Positions 51,605 through 61,567 are shown, counted from the first letter of the stretch. The stretch: 64,000 nt of DNA from Alphaproteobacteria bacterium (GCA_964291285.2 OZ219786.1:384001-448000), one strand, 5' to 3'. Numbers and translations: made by a program. Notes: generated from the letters alone by a model not told the origin.

Positions 51605-52794
51605 TGGCGGGCCGGGAACGGATGAAGCTGACCGACGCCGCCGTCGCCCGTCTCCGCCCCCGCGAGCGGGAATATACGGTCCGGGACACGCGCATCGCCG
51701 GCCTCGGCGTCCGGGTGCGGCCCGCCGGCGGGCGCAGCTGGGTGCTGCTGCTCGACAGCGGCGGGCGCACCAGGCGCGTCTCGCTCGGCCCGGTCGGCGT
51801 GAAGAGCGCCGCCGAAGCCCGCCGGGAGGCTCTTGAACGCCAGGCGGCCCCGCAGCCGGAGGAGACTGCCAAACCGCCCGGCGCGGTCCCGCTGTTCCGG
51901 GATTTCGTCGCCGGCCCGTGGAAGGAGGCCCATTTCAACCGCTGCAAGCCGTCGGGCCAGCAAACCGCGTCCGGGATACTCCGGCGACAATTGCTTCCGG
52001 CATTCGGCTCGAAGCCGCTCGACCGCATTTCCCCGGCCCATGTCCGGCAGTGGTTCGACCGCTACAGCCGGACCGCGCCCGGCGGCGCCAACCGCGCCCT
52101 CGACATCCTGCAGCAGATCATGACCTTCGCCGCCGCCTGCGGCCACATCGAAGTCAATCCGGCCAAGGGCACAAGAAGGAACCGCCGCCCGGCGCTCATG
52201 CGGTTCCTGTCCCGCGAGGAACTCGCACGCCTGCACAGTGTTCTGGACGCGCAGACCCGAAGCCGCGACAGGCAGCAGGCCGACATCGTCCGGCTGCTGC
52301 TGTTCACCGGTTGCCGCAGGGGCGAGATCACGGGCCTGCGATGGTCGGAAGTTCGCGAGGACATGCTGGCCCTCTCGGACAGCAAGACGGGGCCGAGGAC
52401 GGTCCCGCTCGGCAGCCGGGCGCGGCGCATCCTCGACCGGCAGCCGCGCACGGGCAGCGCGTTCGTGTTTCCCTCGCCGCGCGACCCCGCCCGCCCGCGC
52501 AGCCCCGACCTGCCGCTCTGGTACCGCGTCAGACGCGAAGCCGGCATCGGGGATGTGCGCCTTCATGACCTGCGCCATACCATGGCCAGCCATGCCGTCA
52601 TGAACGGCGTGCCGGTCCCGGTCGTCTCCCGCCTGCTCGGCCATTCCGATGTGCGCATGACGCTGCGCTACGCCCATCTCGCCGACCGCGACATCGAAGC
52701 TGCGGCCGAGCGGGTGGGCAAGGCGATGGCGCGGACCATGACGGGCGAACCGGACAGCGCCGGTGACGGCCGGGCAACCGCGACCGATTCCTGA
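51604..52794 (+). CDS. Second tyrosine recombinase/integrase (translationally coupled)
   Basis: GLGVRVRPAGGRSW; TGCRRGE, SKTG, HDLRH, LLGH, RYAH; TGATG overlap. Confidence 0.95.
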   Translation: MAGRERMKLTDAAVARLRPREREYTVRDTRIAGLGVRVRPAGGRSWVLLLDSGGRTRRVSLGPVGVKSAAEARREALERQAAPQPEETAKPPGAVPLFRDFVAGPWKEAHFNRCKPSGQQTASGILRRQLLPAFGSKPLDRISPAHVRQWFDRYSRTAPGGANRALDILQQIMTFAAACGHIEVNPAKGTRRNRRPALMRFLSREELARLHSVLDAQTRSRDRQQADIVRLLLFTGCRRGEITGLRWSEVREDMLALSDSKTGPRTVPLGSRARRILDRQPRTGSAFVFPSPRDPARPRSPDLPLWYRVRREAGIGDVRLHDLRHTMASHAVMNGVPVPVVSRLLGHSDVRMTLRYAHLADRDIEAAAERVGKAMARTMTGEPDSAGDGRATATDS

Positions 52795-52945
52795 CAATGC
52801 CGCTGTGCGGTTCCGCTCGCGCTCGAAAATCAACCGCCGCCCTCGCCTCAACACGCCACAGCACAACACCGACCGGACGCGAACCCCCATCTCCTGCTGC
52901 CGAAAAAGCACCACAGCCGCACCGCAGCGCAAATTTCTGCATTGC
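52770..52945 (+). mobile_element. Remnant end of an IS related to the 8-10.9 kb DUF772-type element
   Basis: GCTCGAAAATCAACCGC and CAGCGCAAATTTCT match the reverse complement of 7995-8110. Confidence 0.55.
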
Positions 52946-53108
52946 ATGACGCCGCGCGCCGGGTTAGAGGTTTCGGGCCATCGCAGCGGCGGGTGTATCC
53001 AGACTTGACTTCAGCGTCTCGAACACGGTGTAGAATACGCCTCGCGCCTCGCCCCCCGCGACTTCGCCCGCAGCCTGATGGGACTGGAGTGAGGGGTGGA
53101 AGCCGCGA

Positions 53109-53909
53109 ATGCAGGACAGATATACGGGAGACATCGGCGACTACGCAAAATACAGTCTGCTTCGCGCGCTTTCCTACGGATCGAAGCTGGGCGTGGCCTG
53201 GTATCTTTTCCCCGACGAAGAAGAGAAGAAAGACGGAAAACACACAGGTTATCTATGCAACGCGAAGAAATGGCGAGATTGCGATAGGGAGACATTCGAC
53301 AGGCTCTACAGGCTCGTAAAATCTGGAAATCGCAGCGTCCGGGCAGTTGAAAGCTCCGATCTTCTCGCGGATGCCGTCTTTTCGGATGGGAAATTGGATT
53401 TCCACGGATGCAAGCAGCACGAACAAGGGACATGGAGGAAGAAGTGGTTTCGTAAAACCAGGAGGGATTTGCAAGATTGCGATTTGGTCTTTGCCGATCC
53501 CGACAACGGCCTCATTGAGCAGGAGTCGTTTCGACCCGGTCGCAGAAGGCACGGAAAGGGAATTCCCGAATGCGAAATAGCGGCGTTATCAGAAGGAGGG
53601 AGGCCCGTAATCCTCTACCATCACAACAGCCGACGTAAAGGAGGCCATGCCGAGGAGGTATGCCACTGGCAACGACGGCTTGAGGAAGGGCTCGGTAGCA
53701 GAACCTGTGCGGTTCGTTGGCGGTACGTATCGCCTCGAACATTCTTCATGGTCAACTGCAATTGCGAATTGCAGTGGCGCGCAAAGCAATGGTGCAACCG
53801 GTGGAAGGATAAGGACAAGGTGTTCTTGGTCGATTCCCCCGGAATCGCGAAAGAGTCCACGGACCGGAAGCAGGGGACGACCGCGATTTATCCTAAATCC
53901 GGCATTTGA
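53109..53909 (+). CDS. Hypothetical protein (MQDRYTGDIGDY...LVFADPDNG; possibly methyltransferase-like fold); last codons supplied by an IS end
   Basis: Lower-GC protein-like ORF; its stop lies within the IS1380 TIR. Confidence 0.75.
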   Translation: MQDRYTGDIGDYAKYSLLRALSYGSKLGVAWYLFPDEEEKKDGKHTGYLCNAKKWRDCDRETFDRLYRLVKSGNRSVRAVESSDLLADAVFSDGKLDFHGCKQHEQGTWRKKWFRKTRRDLQDCDLVFADPDNGLIEQESFRPGRRRHGKGIPECEIAALSEGGRPVILYHHNSRRKGGHAEEVCHWQRRLEEGLGSRTCAVRWRYVSPRTFFMVNCNCELQWRAKQWCNRWKDKDKVFLVDSPGIAKESTDRKQGTTAIYPKSGI

Positions 53910-54669
53910 CGGGCTTGATCGCTGTCTCGGGGTAGTGTGAACGGTGGGATTTGGGCGTGGATTTCAGCCTGTGGGCGCGGTCCTGGGTGGCGGCAGCCAG
54001 GGTTGACGCCCCGGTTCGCGGCCATGGAGGTATTTCCTGAGCGCCTCGGCGAGGATCCGGCGCCAGCGGTCCCCGGTGCTCAACTGCTCCGCAGTTTGCG
54101 TCAGCGACCGGAAGAAGCCGGCGATCCGGCGCAGCGCCGCCATCACCGTCTTGCGACGCCCGTGATGGGAGGTCACCGTCAGCCGGGTCTGGCCGGCGTG
54201 GTGGGTCTGGCGGGCAACCCCGTGCAGGAGCAGCGGCCGGCTGGTGATCGCCTCGCGGTGATGGTCGGGGTCGGCGAGGCGCACGAACAGGCTCCACCAG
54301 TTGTAGATGAGCGCGACCAGCCGGGCCATGTGCCGGCAGCGCGTCAGGTCGCGCGTGGTGAAGCCGCCCCAGCCCCACTGGTTCTTCAACTCGTCGAAGC
54401 CGTTCTCCGCGTCCGCCCGGTCGCGGTAGAGCTGGGCCAGCGAGCGCACCTCCAGGTCCAGCGAGGTGGCGAGGATCGCAAACTCCCACAGCTTGGCGTC
54501 AGGCTGCCCATCGACCCAGAACAGATCGCCCTGGCCGTCATCGCGGCGCGTCAGCGCCAGAGGCCCGCGAAGCCGCCGGCGCAGCACCACAACCCGGCGC
54601 GTCCGGCTCCAGCCCTGCAGACGCAGATCGGCCCCGATCCCCGACCAGCCCTGGCCTGCATCCTCCCAG
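53892..54669 (-). mobile_element. Truncated IS1380 variant (3' part)
   Basis: TIR CCTAAATCCGGCATTTGA; transposase C-terminus; breaks at an IS21 end. Confidence 0.9.
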
Positions 54670-54738
54670 TGTTAGCGACGGTTACAGAGCGCGCCTATTC
54701 GCTGACATTTTTCGGCCGGTTGCGGTTTTTCAGTTGAT
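54670..54738. mobile_element. Isolated IS21 terminus
   Basis: Near-identical to 37955-38023. Confidence 0.9.
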
Positions 54739-56434
54739 CCTAAATCCGGCAGTTGACGGGCTTGATCGCTGTCTCGGGGTAGTGTGAACGGTCGGATTTG
54801 GGCGTGGATTTCAGCACGTGGTCGCGGCCCTGGGTGGCGGCAGCCAGGGTTGACGCCCCGGTTCGCGGCTATGGAGGTATTTCCTGAGCGCCTCGGCGAG
54901 GATGCGGCGCCAGCGATCCCCGGCGCTCAACTGCTCCGCAGTTTGCGTCAGCGACCGGAAGAAGCCGGCGATCCGGCGCAGCGCCGCCATCACCGTCTTG
55001 CGACGCCCGTGATGGGAGGTCACCGTCAGCCGGGTCTGGCCGGCGTGGTGGGTCTGGCGGGCAACCCCGTGCAGGAGCAGCGGCCGGCTGGTGATCGCCT
55101 CGCGGTGATGGTCGGGGTCGGCGAGGCGCACGAACAGGCTCCACCAGTTGTAGATGAGCGCGACCAGCCGGGCCATGTGCCGGCAGCGCGTCAGGTCGCG
55201 CGTGGTGAAGCCGCCCCAGCCCCACTGGTTCTTCAACTCGTCGAAGCCGTTCTCCGCGTCCGCCCGGTCGCGGTAGAGCTGGGCCAGCGAGCGTATCTCC
55301 AGGTCCAGCGAGGTCGCCAGCACCGCGAACTCCCACACCCCGGTGCCGGGCTGCGCCCCGGTCCGGAACAGCTCGCCCCGGGCCTTGTCGCCACGCGTCA
55401 GCGCCAGCGTCGCAGGAAGCCGCCGGCGCAGCACCACAACCCGGCGCGTCCGGCTCCAGCCCTGCAGACGCAGATCGGCCCCGATCCCCGACCAGCCCTG
55501 GCCCGCATCCTCCCGGCCGTCCCGCGCCATCAGCCGCTCGGCAAGCAGGCGCGCCCCCTTCGTCAGGCGCAGCTTGAACAGATAGTCCGGACCCGCAGCC
55601 TCGCACGAAGCCATGTTGGCCTCGCTGCCCCAGTCCTTGTCGCCCCGCACCAGACGCGGCCAGCGATCCCGCCCAAGACGGTCGAGCAACGCCCACAAGG
55701 ACGGCGCCGCGCGCCTCGAATGGTGATGGTTGCCCGGCGCCACCTCGACATCCGGAACAAGCCGCGTGCCCGCCATCAGGAACGCATGGCAGGCATGCGA
55801 GGGGCGGCCCGGCTTCTTCGGGTTGTAGCTCACAACCGCTCCCTCCTGACGACCGTAAAGCGCCTTGATCGTCGTGTCGCAGTCCAGAACCCACGGCTCC
55901 CTCAGCAGCGGACGGACCACCTCGTCCAGATGGCCCTGAAGCCACGATGTGCCGACATCCGCACCGATCCGCTCCAGACCGCGCCGCACCGAATCCTCGC
56001 TCGCAACCTTGTCCATACCCAGCAGCGCAGGGTTCACCCCGTCGCCGCGCAGCGACGTGATGTGCGCATAGCGAGACTGCCCCGCCAGAACCGACAGAAG
56101 AACCGTCCCCAGGACATCCCGCTTCGACGGCGCGTTCGGGCTCGTGTACCGCAGCGGGCAGTCCGCAACCAAAGCGTCAAAGCGACCGCTCACCTTCAGC
56201 TATTCCGCGAAAAACGCCAGATGCCCCAGCGGCGTCACCGCCGCATCAGGGTCCCATTCCACATGAACCGCGCCGCCGAAGGTGTCCACCTTCACGAACG
56301 CTCGGGCGACATCCCGCACAGCGCCAGGATAATCACCCACAGGGTGAGCCTCTTCGGCCCCTGAAAAGCCGCTCATACCCGAAGACTACAAGGGATTCGG
56401 CAAGGCCAAGCCATACTCAACTGCCGGATTTAGG
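54739..56434 (-). mobile_element. IS1380-family element, full-length copy
   Basis: 1696 bp, same TIRs; flanks TTGAT / GTCAT do not match. Confidence 0.92.
54811..56341 (-). pseudogene. IS1380 transposase with the same in-frame TAG
   Basis: FFAE*LKVSGRF as in the 40-kb copy. Confidence 0.85.
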
Positions 56435-56464
56435 GTCATGAGTCAGCAATCAGCGCCGCTGGTA

Positions 56465-56797
56465 TTACAGTCCATCGTGATTCTATGGGTATGTAGGTAA
56501 TACCAACGGTCGTTGATTGGAACCTATAGCAGAGCCTCCCTCCGCAGCTCGCCCCCTGAGCCGAGGCCTCCTACTGCAAGAGGTAATCTCCGCCGAGAGA
56601 GGCTAATCGGTTCTTATCTGTGGCCGGTGGTATAAAACATGCCCTGCTGGTACCATATGAGAGCAGATTCCATGGACAGAGACAGCGCGCGGGACCGTTC
56701 CGGAGGCCGGCATATGGCGACGAGGCCCCGGAGACGGAGAAGGAATGCGTTGCGGCGTGACCCGGGCGATGCAGGCCGGCCGTTCGTGCGGGAGACA
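56465..56797. repeat. About 200-bp non-coding element, copy 2 (with MITE insert)
   Basis: Aligns to 11155-11353 once 56501-56635 is removed. Confidence 0.85.
56501..56632. mobile_element. 132-bp MITE with IS630-type ends
   Basis: TACCAACGG...CCGGTGGTA, TAA on both sides; empty site at about 11185. Confidence 0.8.
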
Positions 56798-56834
56798 CCA
56801 AGACCGAATGTCATGATTCGCAGATGCACGGCGG

Positions 56835-56862
56835 GGGCTATCCCCGCGTGGGCGGGGGAACC
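56835..56862 (-). CRISPR. Solitary type I-E-like CRISPR repeat (no array, no cas genes)
   Basis: Reverse complement GGTTCCCCCGCCCACGCGGGGATAGCCC has the I-E CCCCGC-N4-GCGGGGA hairpin. Confidence 0.65.
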
Positions 56863-57056
56863 ACCGGCAGTTTCGGCAAGCGCCGCGCGTAGCGCGTTGG
56901 GCGCTCGATTCTGCCGTATCCATTCAGGCGCGATAAGGTCTCGCCGGGGTCGGCGTGTAGCGAGCTTGCGAGCGTTCGCCGCGGCCCGGCGACGGCCCCG
57001 CGCCGCTTATGCAAGCAGATACGCGCCCCGAACGCCGGGGCGGCAAGTTTTAACCG

Positions 57057-57894
57057 TCAGGCGATGATATCGAAGTCGGACAGATCAACGTCGGACAACT
57101 GCGTATCAAGAAGCTTGATTTCCCACGTTGCGTTGTCCCTGGCGTCTTTGCCATCATTGTCTTCATTAACCTCTGTTGCTTTGTAGATTATTACAGCATC
57201 GTCGTTGCCTAGCTTGGTAGAAAAGCGATAGAGGTCGCCAGAATCTTCGATCCCGGAGACTCCCTTGATCTGGATTGTGTCCGAATCCGCATCGTAGTCA
57301 CGGATGACGTCCTTTCCGCTGTTCCCGCTGAAGATGAAGGTATCGTTGCCGTTGTTGCCCCACAGGAAGTCGTCGCCGTCGCCGCCGTCGAGCGTGTCGT
57401 TGCCCTTGCCGCCCCAGAGCGTGTCTCTTCCGTCGCCGCCCTTCAGAAGGTCGTCGTCGCCGCCGCCGTCCATGTCATCGTCGCCGTCGCCGCCGTAAAG
57501 AGAGTCCCGGCCCTCGTTGCCCCACATGTCGTCGGGCGTCGCCGTAAAGAGAGTCCCGGCCCGTGCCGCCCCACATGTCGTCGTCGCCGTTGCCGCCTTT
57601 CAGCGTGTCGTTGCCGGAATCGCCTAACAGGTGGTCGTCGCCGTTGCCGCCGTACAACGTGTCGTGGCCAGCGTTGCCCAGGATCAGATCCACGCCGCCG
57701 CCGCCGTACAGCGTGTCGTCGCCACGCTTGCCGACGATTCGATCATGCCCCTCCAAGCCTCGGATCGTGTCGTCGCGGTTCGTTCCCTCCAAGTCCTTTG
57801 AGCGGTAGCGCGGTCCGCCATCCTGCGGATAGTGCCAAGGTCCTGCATAATCATGACCGGGGGTTCCGGTAATGGTTTTTCCGGGTCGTGCCAT
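57057..57894 (-). pseudogene. Small RTX (hemolysin-type Ca-binding repeat) protein, frameshifted at about 57535
   Basis: GGxGxDxLx nonapeptides in both ORFs; C-terminal GNDTFIF...GKDVIRDY...SDFDII. Confidence 0.85.
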
Positions 57895-57942
57895 GGTTTG
57901 TTTCCCTTGAAGATGGTTGGAAAAAGCGTTCTGGGTTCCGGG

Positions 57943-58590
57943 TTAGCCGAGGAACTCGAAATCGGACTCGGTCAATTCCTCTTCCTTTACATAATTGTCA
58001 AAATGAACTGCCCATTCACCGGAAGCGTCTTCGATTTTGGCTACGGCGCGGCTGCCGCTGGGCTGCTCTTCGTAAGTGAAGATCAGGTCCGAGAACTGGA
58101 TGCCGCCTTCGAAGACGATCTTGTCCTTGCCGTCTTCATAGTCCATGACCGAGTCGAAACCGCTGTTCCTGCCGAAAACGAAACGGTCCGCACCGCCGCC
58201 GCTGTACAGGATGTCGTCGTCCCGGCCGCCCTTGAGCACATCGTCGCCATCGCCGGCGACCATGAAGTCGTCGCCCCGGCCGCCGTACATGAAATTGTTG
58301 CCGGACGTGTCCACCAAGTCGTCGTCGCCCCGGCCGCCTTTCAGCGTGTCGTCGCCGTAGCTGCCTTTCAGCGTGTCGTCGCCATTGCCGCCCTTCAGAA
58401 GGTCGTCGCCCCGGCCGCCGTACAGCATGTCGTCGCCCTTGGCGCCGCGCATGGTGTCGTCGCCGTAGCCGCCGAACAGCTCGTCGTTGCCATCGGTACC
58501 GACAAAATCGAAGACGAAATCGGGGTTCCACCATTCCCAACGGTCGCCGTGCGCTTTGCGCGGTGAAAGCGTGATTCCGGGTTTCGCCAT
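57943..58590 (-). CDS. Small RTX Ca-binding repeat protein
   Basis: About 10 GGxGDD repeats, GADRFVF...GFDSVMDYEDGKDKI...ESDFEFL. Confidence 0.9.
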   Translation of the reverse strand: MAKPGITLSPRKAHGDRWEWWNPDFVFDFVGTDGNDELFGGYGDDTMRGAKGDDMLYGGRGDDLLKGGNGDDTLKGSYGDDTLKGGRGDDDLVDTSGNNFMYGGRGDDFMVAGDGDDVLKGGRDDDILYSGGGADRFVFGRNSGFDSVMDYEDGKDKIVFEGGIQFSDLIFTYEEQPSGSRAVAKIEDASGEWAVHFDNYVKEEELTESDFEFLG

Positions 58591-59157
58591 GGCTAAATCT
58601 CCCTGTTCCGGCCGCGGAAGGTAACACAAATTGGCCGCGCGCCTCAAACCGGTTCGGCAGCAGGCGGCGCACGCGCTCTTCCCGGCCGGTCGGGACCGGC
58701 CGCCGGCCCGCATCCGATGTCGAAGGGCGAGGCGTTCATGCCCGCCCCGGCCCCGTTTCGCCGCCCTGGCGAGCGGACAGGGCAGGTCGAGCGGTAACCC
58801 GGTAACCGGATCGGCGAAGCCGACGCGGTTCTCAGCCGGCGCCGTTTCCGCCCCTCCGTGCGCGACCCCGGGGGAACGCCCGCCGGCGGTTCCCGGTGCG
58901 GCGGCCCGGAGCGCCGGCCGCCGGGGCAGCCGAAACGGCGGCGGACCGGTTTCCGGCGTCCCGGTCCCCACCCCGTCCGGACCGTCGCAATCCTCTCCCG
59001 CGCGGCCGGCCGGGCGCCGCCGCCGGCCGTTCCCGGCGAACGCCGCCGTCCGGCCTGTCCGGCCGGAAGGTCGGGAAAGGGTTGTCGGGGCGATTACTGC
59101 GGGGGGCGTCCGTGCGACCGGCTCCCGCGCCCGTCCCGCCAGCAGGAGACGTCGCCC

Positions 59158-60462
59158 ATGTCCGGCATGCCGGCTTCCGCTCATATCCATCCGCCCGCCG
59201 AAGCAGCGGGCTTCCATTGCTGCAGGGCCAGCTCCGGCAACGCCACCGGGGCCGCGCCCGCCCGGCGGTCCAACGCCTCGCGCGCCCGGGACCGGCTTGC
59301 GGCGCGCGGCCTCTGTTTGAACTGTGGCAAGGTTTCCCCGCCCGACGGGGCGAAATACTGCCCGGAATGCCAGGAGCGCCGCCGCGCCAGCGACCGCAAG
59401 GCCGCCCGCAAACGCCGCCTGCTTCGGAGCAACCGCGGCCTCTGTCAGGAATGCGGCGCCACGCCCGAAAAGCCCCGCCGGCGGCTCTGCGAGGCCTGCA
59501 ACGAAAAACATCTCGCGCTCGGCCGCCGGCGCCTGCAGGAGCGCAAGGATGAACGGCGCCAGGCCGGCCTCTGCGTGCAGTGCGGGAACGGGGCGCCCGC
59601 CGAAGGCAATGCGTGCTGCGACGACTGCCTCGCCGCGCGCCGGCGGATATACCGCGCCCGGATCGACCGCCGCCGCCGGCAGGCCGACCGCTCGCTCTGC
59701 ATCGAGTGCGGCGAGGCCCCGCCGGTTCCCGGCAGCCGCCGCTGCCCGGACTGCCGGCCGCTTCCCGCCGAACGGGACAAGCAGGCCGCCAGACGCCGCC
59801 GGGACGCCCGCCGCGCCGTCGGATTGTGCCTCGATTGCGGCCGCCACCCCGCCGCGCCCGGGCGCCTGGCCTGCGACGCCTGTCTTGCCGTCTCGCTGGA
59901 CGGGTACAACCGCAGGGTGCTCGCCCGGGCCTCCCGGGGGCTCTGCATCCGCTGCGGCAAGGCTTCTCCCGCCGAGGGCTCGACAATGTGCCGGCCCTGC
60001 CGGGACGAGCGCCGCACCGCCGAGCGCGCGAGATGGCATCGCAGGATCGCCGAGGCCCGCGCCCGGGGCGTTTGCATCCATTGCACGAAGCGGCCTCCCG
60101 ACCCCGGGTTCGACTCATGCACGGAATGCCGCGAGGCGCGCCTCGCCACCGACCGCCGCCGCTACCATGCCGTGACCCGCGAGCGCCTGTCTGCCGGCCT
60201 CTGTCCCCGCTGCGGCGTCCGCGAGCCCGAACCCCTCATGCGGGAATGCGGCCCCTGCCGCGACCGGCAGCGCAGCTACGCGTATCGCGGCATGCCCGAC
60301 CTGCCGACGCAATACACCGTGATCGGGATCGCCGACGGCGCAGACCACGGCACCTGGGAGACTCCGATGGAGGTCGCCGCCGCGCTGGCCTTCGCCAAGC
60401 TCACGCTCGACGACGTCGAGATCGTGACCGACGCCGGCCCGGCCGTCTTTGCCGGCCGCTGA
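59158..60462 (+). CDS. Tandem Cys4 zinc-finger repeat protein (8 units)
   Basis: AGGAG RBS; eight (G/S)(L/V)CxxC...CxxC units followed by Arg-rich helices; shared C-terminal domain. Confidence 0.85.
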   Translation: MSGMPASAHIHPPAEAAGFHCCRASSGNATGAAPARRSNASRARDRLAARGLCLNCGKVSPPDGAKYCPECQERRRASDRKAARKRRLLRSNRGLCQECGATPEKPRRRLCEACNEKHLALGRRRLQERKDERRQAGLCVQCGNGAPAEGNACCDDCLAARRRIYRARIDRRRRQADRSLCIECGEAPPVPGSRRCPDCRPLPAERDKQAARRRRDARRAVGLCLDCGRHPAAPGRLACDACLAVSLDGYNRRVLARASRGLCIRCGKASPAEGSTMCRPCRDERRTAERARWHRRIAEARARGVCIHCTKRPPDPGFDSCTECREARLATDRRRYHAVTRERLSAGLCPRCGVREPEPLMRECGPCRDRQRSYAYRGMPDLPTQYTVIGIADGADHGTWETPMEVAAALAFAKLTLDDVEIVTDAGPAVFAGR

Positions 60463-60595
60463 CGTCCGTTTCCCCTCTCCCGGCCCTGGCGGTATCGACG
60501 CCGGAAGAAGGTGGGGAAAGGGTTTTCGATGCGATCCCTGCGGGTGGCCGGGCGGCCGGCTCCCGCTCCCCTTCCTCCAACAGGAGATTATCGAC

Positions 60596-60910
60596 ATGCC
60601 CGCCACCAATGCGTCCGCCTTCCGCCCCGGTGCGAACAGCTTTCTGGTCCACGTGTTCGGACGCGGCCTGCAGGACGACCACTATGTGGTCGAGCGGTAC
60701 CGCACCGGCATCGACGGTGACATCCGCCGGCTGCCGGGCGGCAAGGGCCGTCCGCTGACCCTGTCGCTGGAGACCGTCCGCGAGCTGCGCCCCGCGCGCA
60801 ACGAGATCCTCATCTGCAAGGGCGAGAAGACCGCCGACTCGGGGGTGCAATATTGGGGCAGTTCCGCAATCTGGGGCCATATGCTGGAGCGGAGCCGGTT
60901 CCCCCGCTGA
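60596..60910 (+). CDS. Hypothetical protein (paralog of 43698-44024)
   Basis: AGGAG RBS; shared motifs. Confidence 0.75.
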   Translation: MPATNASAFRPGANSFLVHVFGRGLQDDHYVVERYRTGIDGDIRRLPGGKGRPLTLSLETVRELRPARNEILICKGEKTADSGVQYWGSSAIWGHMLERSRFPR

Positions 60911-61127
60911 CGGCAATGGCGGGGACCCGGGTGCGGGCGGCATCGCTCCGTCCGCGCCCCCTTCGCCCCGCCCGCCGGGTGAGTTCCGCAGCGTCCTTCG
61001 CCCGGCATCCCGATCCCCGCCTACCCTGTCCCGGCCTGCGCTGGCATCGACGCCGCAAGGTCGGGAAAGGGCTTTTCGGGGTGAGTTGCAACGACTCGCA
61101 AACAACCTCTCGCAAGGAGAAATCATC

Positions 61128-61547
61128 ATGAACGGCCTCAATCGCGTCGACCTGATCGGCAATCTGGGCGCGGACCCCGAGTTCCGCAGCCTCCCCGGCG
61201 GCGGCGAAGTCGCCAATTTCAGCATCGCCACCAACGAAGGCTACCGCGATCGCCAGTCCGGCGAATACAGGCAGCAGACCGAGTGGCACCGGGTCACCGT
61301 CTTCCAGGAGGGCCTGGTGGCCATGCTGCGCAAGCACGCCGCCAAGGGCCGCCAGGCGCACGTCACCGGCAAGCTGCGCACCCGGAAGTGGAAGGACCGC
61401 GACGGCAACGACCGCCATACCACCGAGATCCTGGTCGGCCCGCGCGGCTCCATCAACTTCCTCGACCCCAGGCCGGACGGGGCGGCCAACGACAACCGGC
61501 CGCCGGCGCCGCCCCCGGAAGCATACGAGATGGACCTCGCCGCCTGA
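61128..61547 (+). CDS. ssb: Single-stranded DNA-binding protein
   Basis: LNRVDLIGNLGADPE, FSIATNE, TEWHRV, GKLRTRKWKDRDG. Confidence 0.95.
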   Translation: MNGLNRVDLIGNLGADPEFRSLPGGGEVANFSIATNEGYRDRQSGEYRQQTEWHRVTVFQEGLVAMLRKHAAKGRQAHVTGKLRTRKWKDRDGNDRHTTEILVGPRGSINFLDPRPDGAANDNRPPAPPPEAYEMDLAA

Positions 61548-61567
61548 GGCATCGTCATCGCCACTAC

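Noticed and set aside
57330-58500. 27-bp periodic repeats as a CRISPR array or VNTR
   Set aside because: They encode RTX nonapeptides and have no unique spacers.
57943-60081. 712-aa minus-strand ORF
   Set aside because: Only the last 215 aa (RTX) look real. The rest is antisense to the zinc-finger gene.
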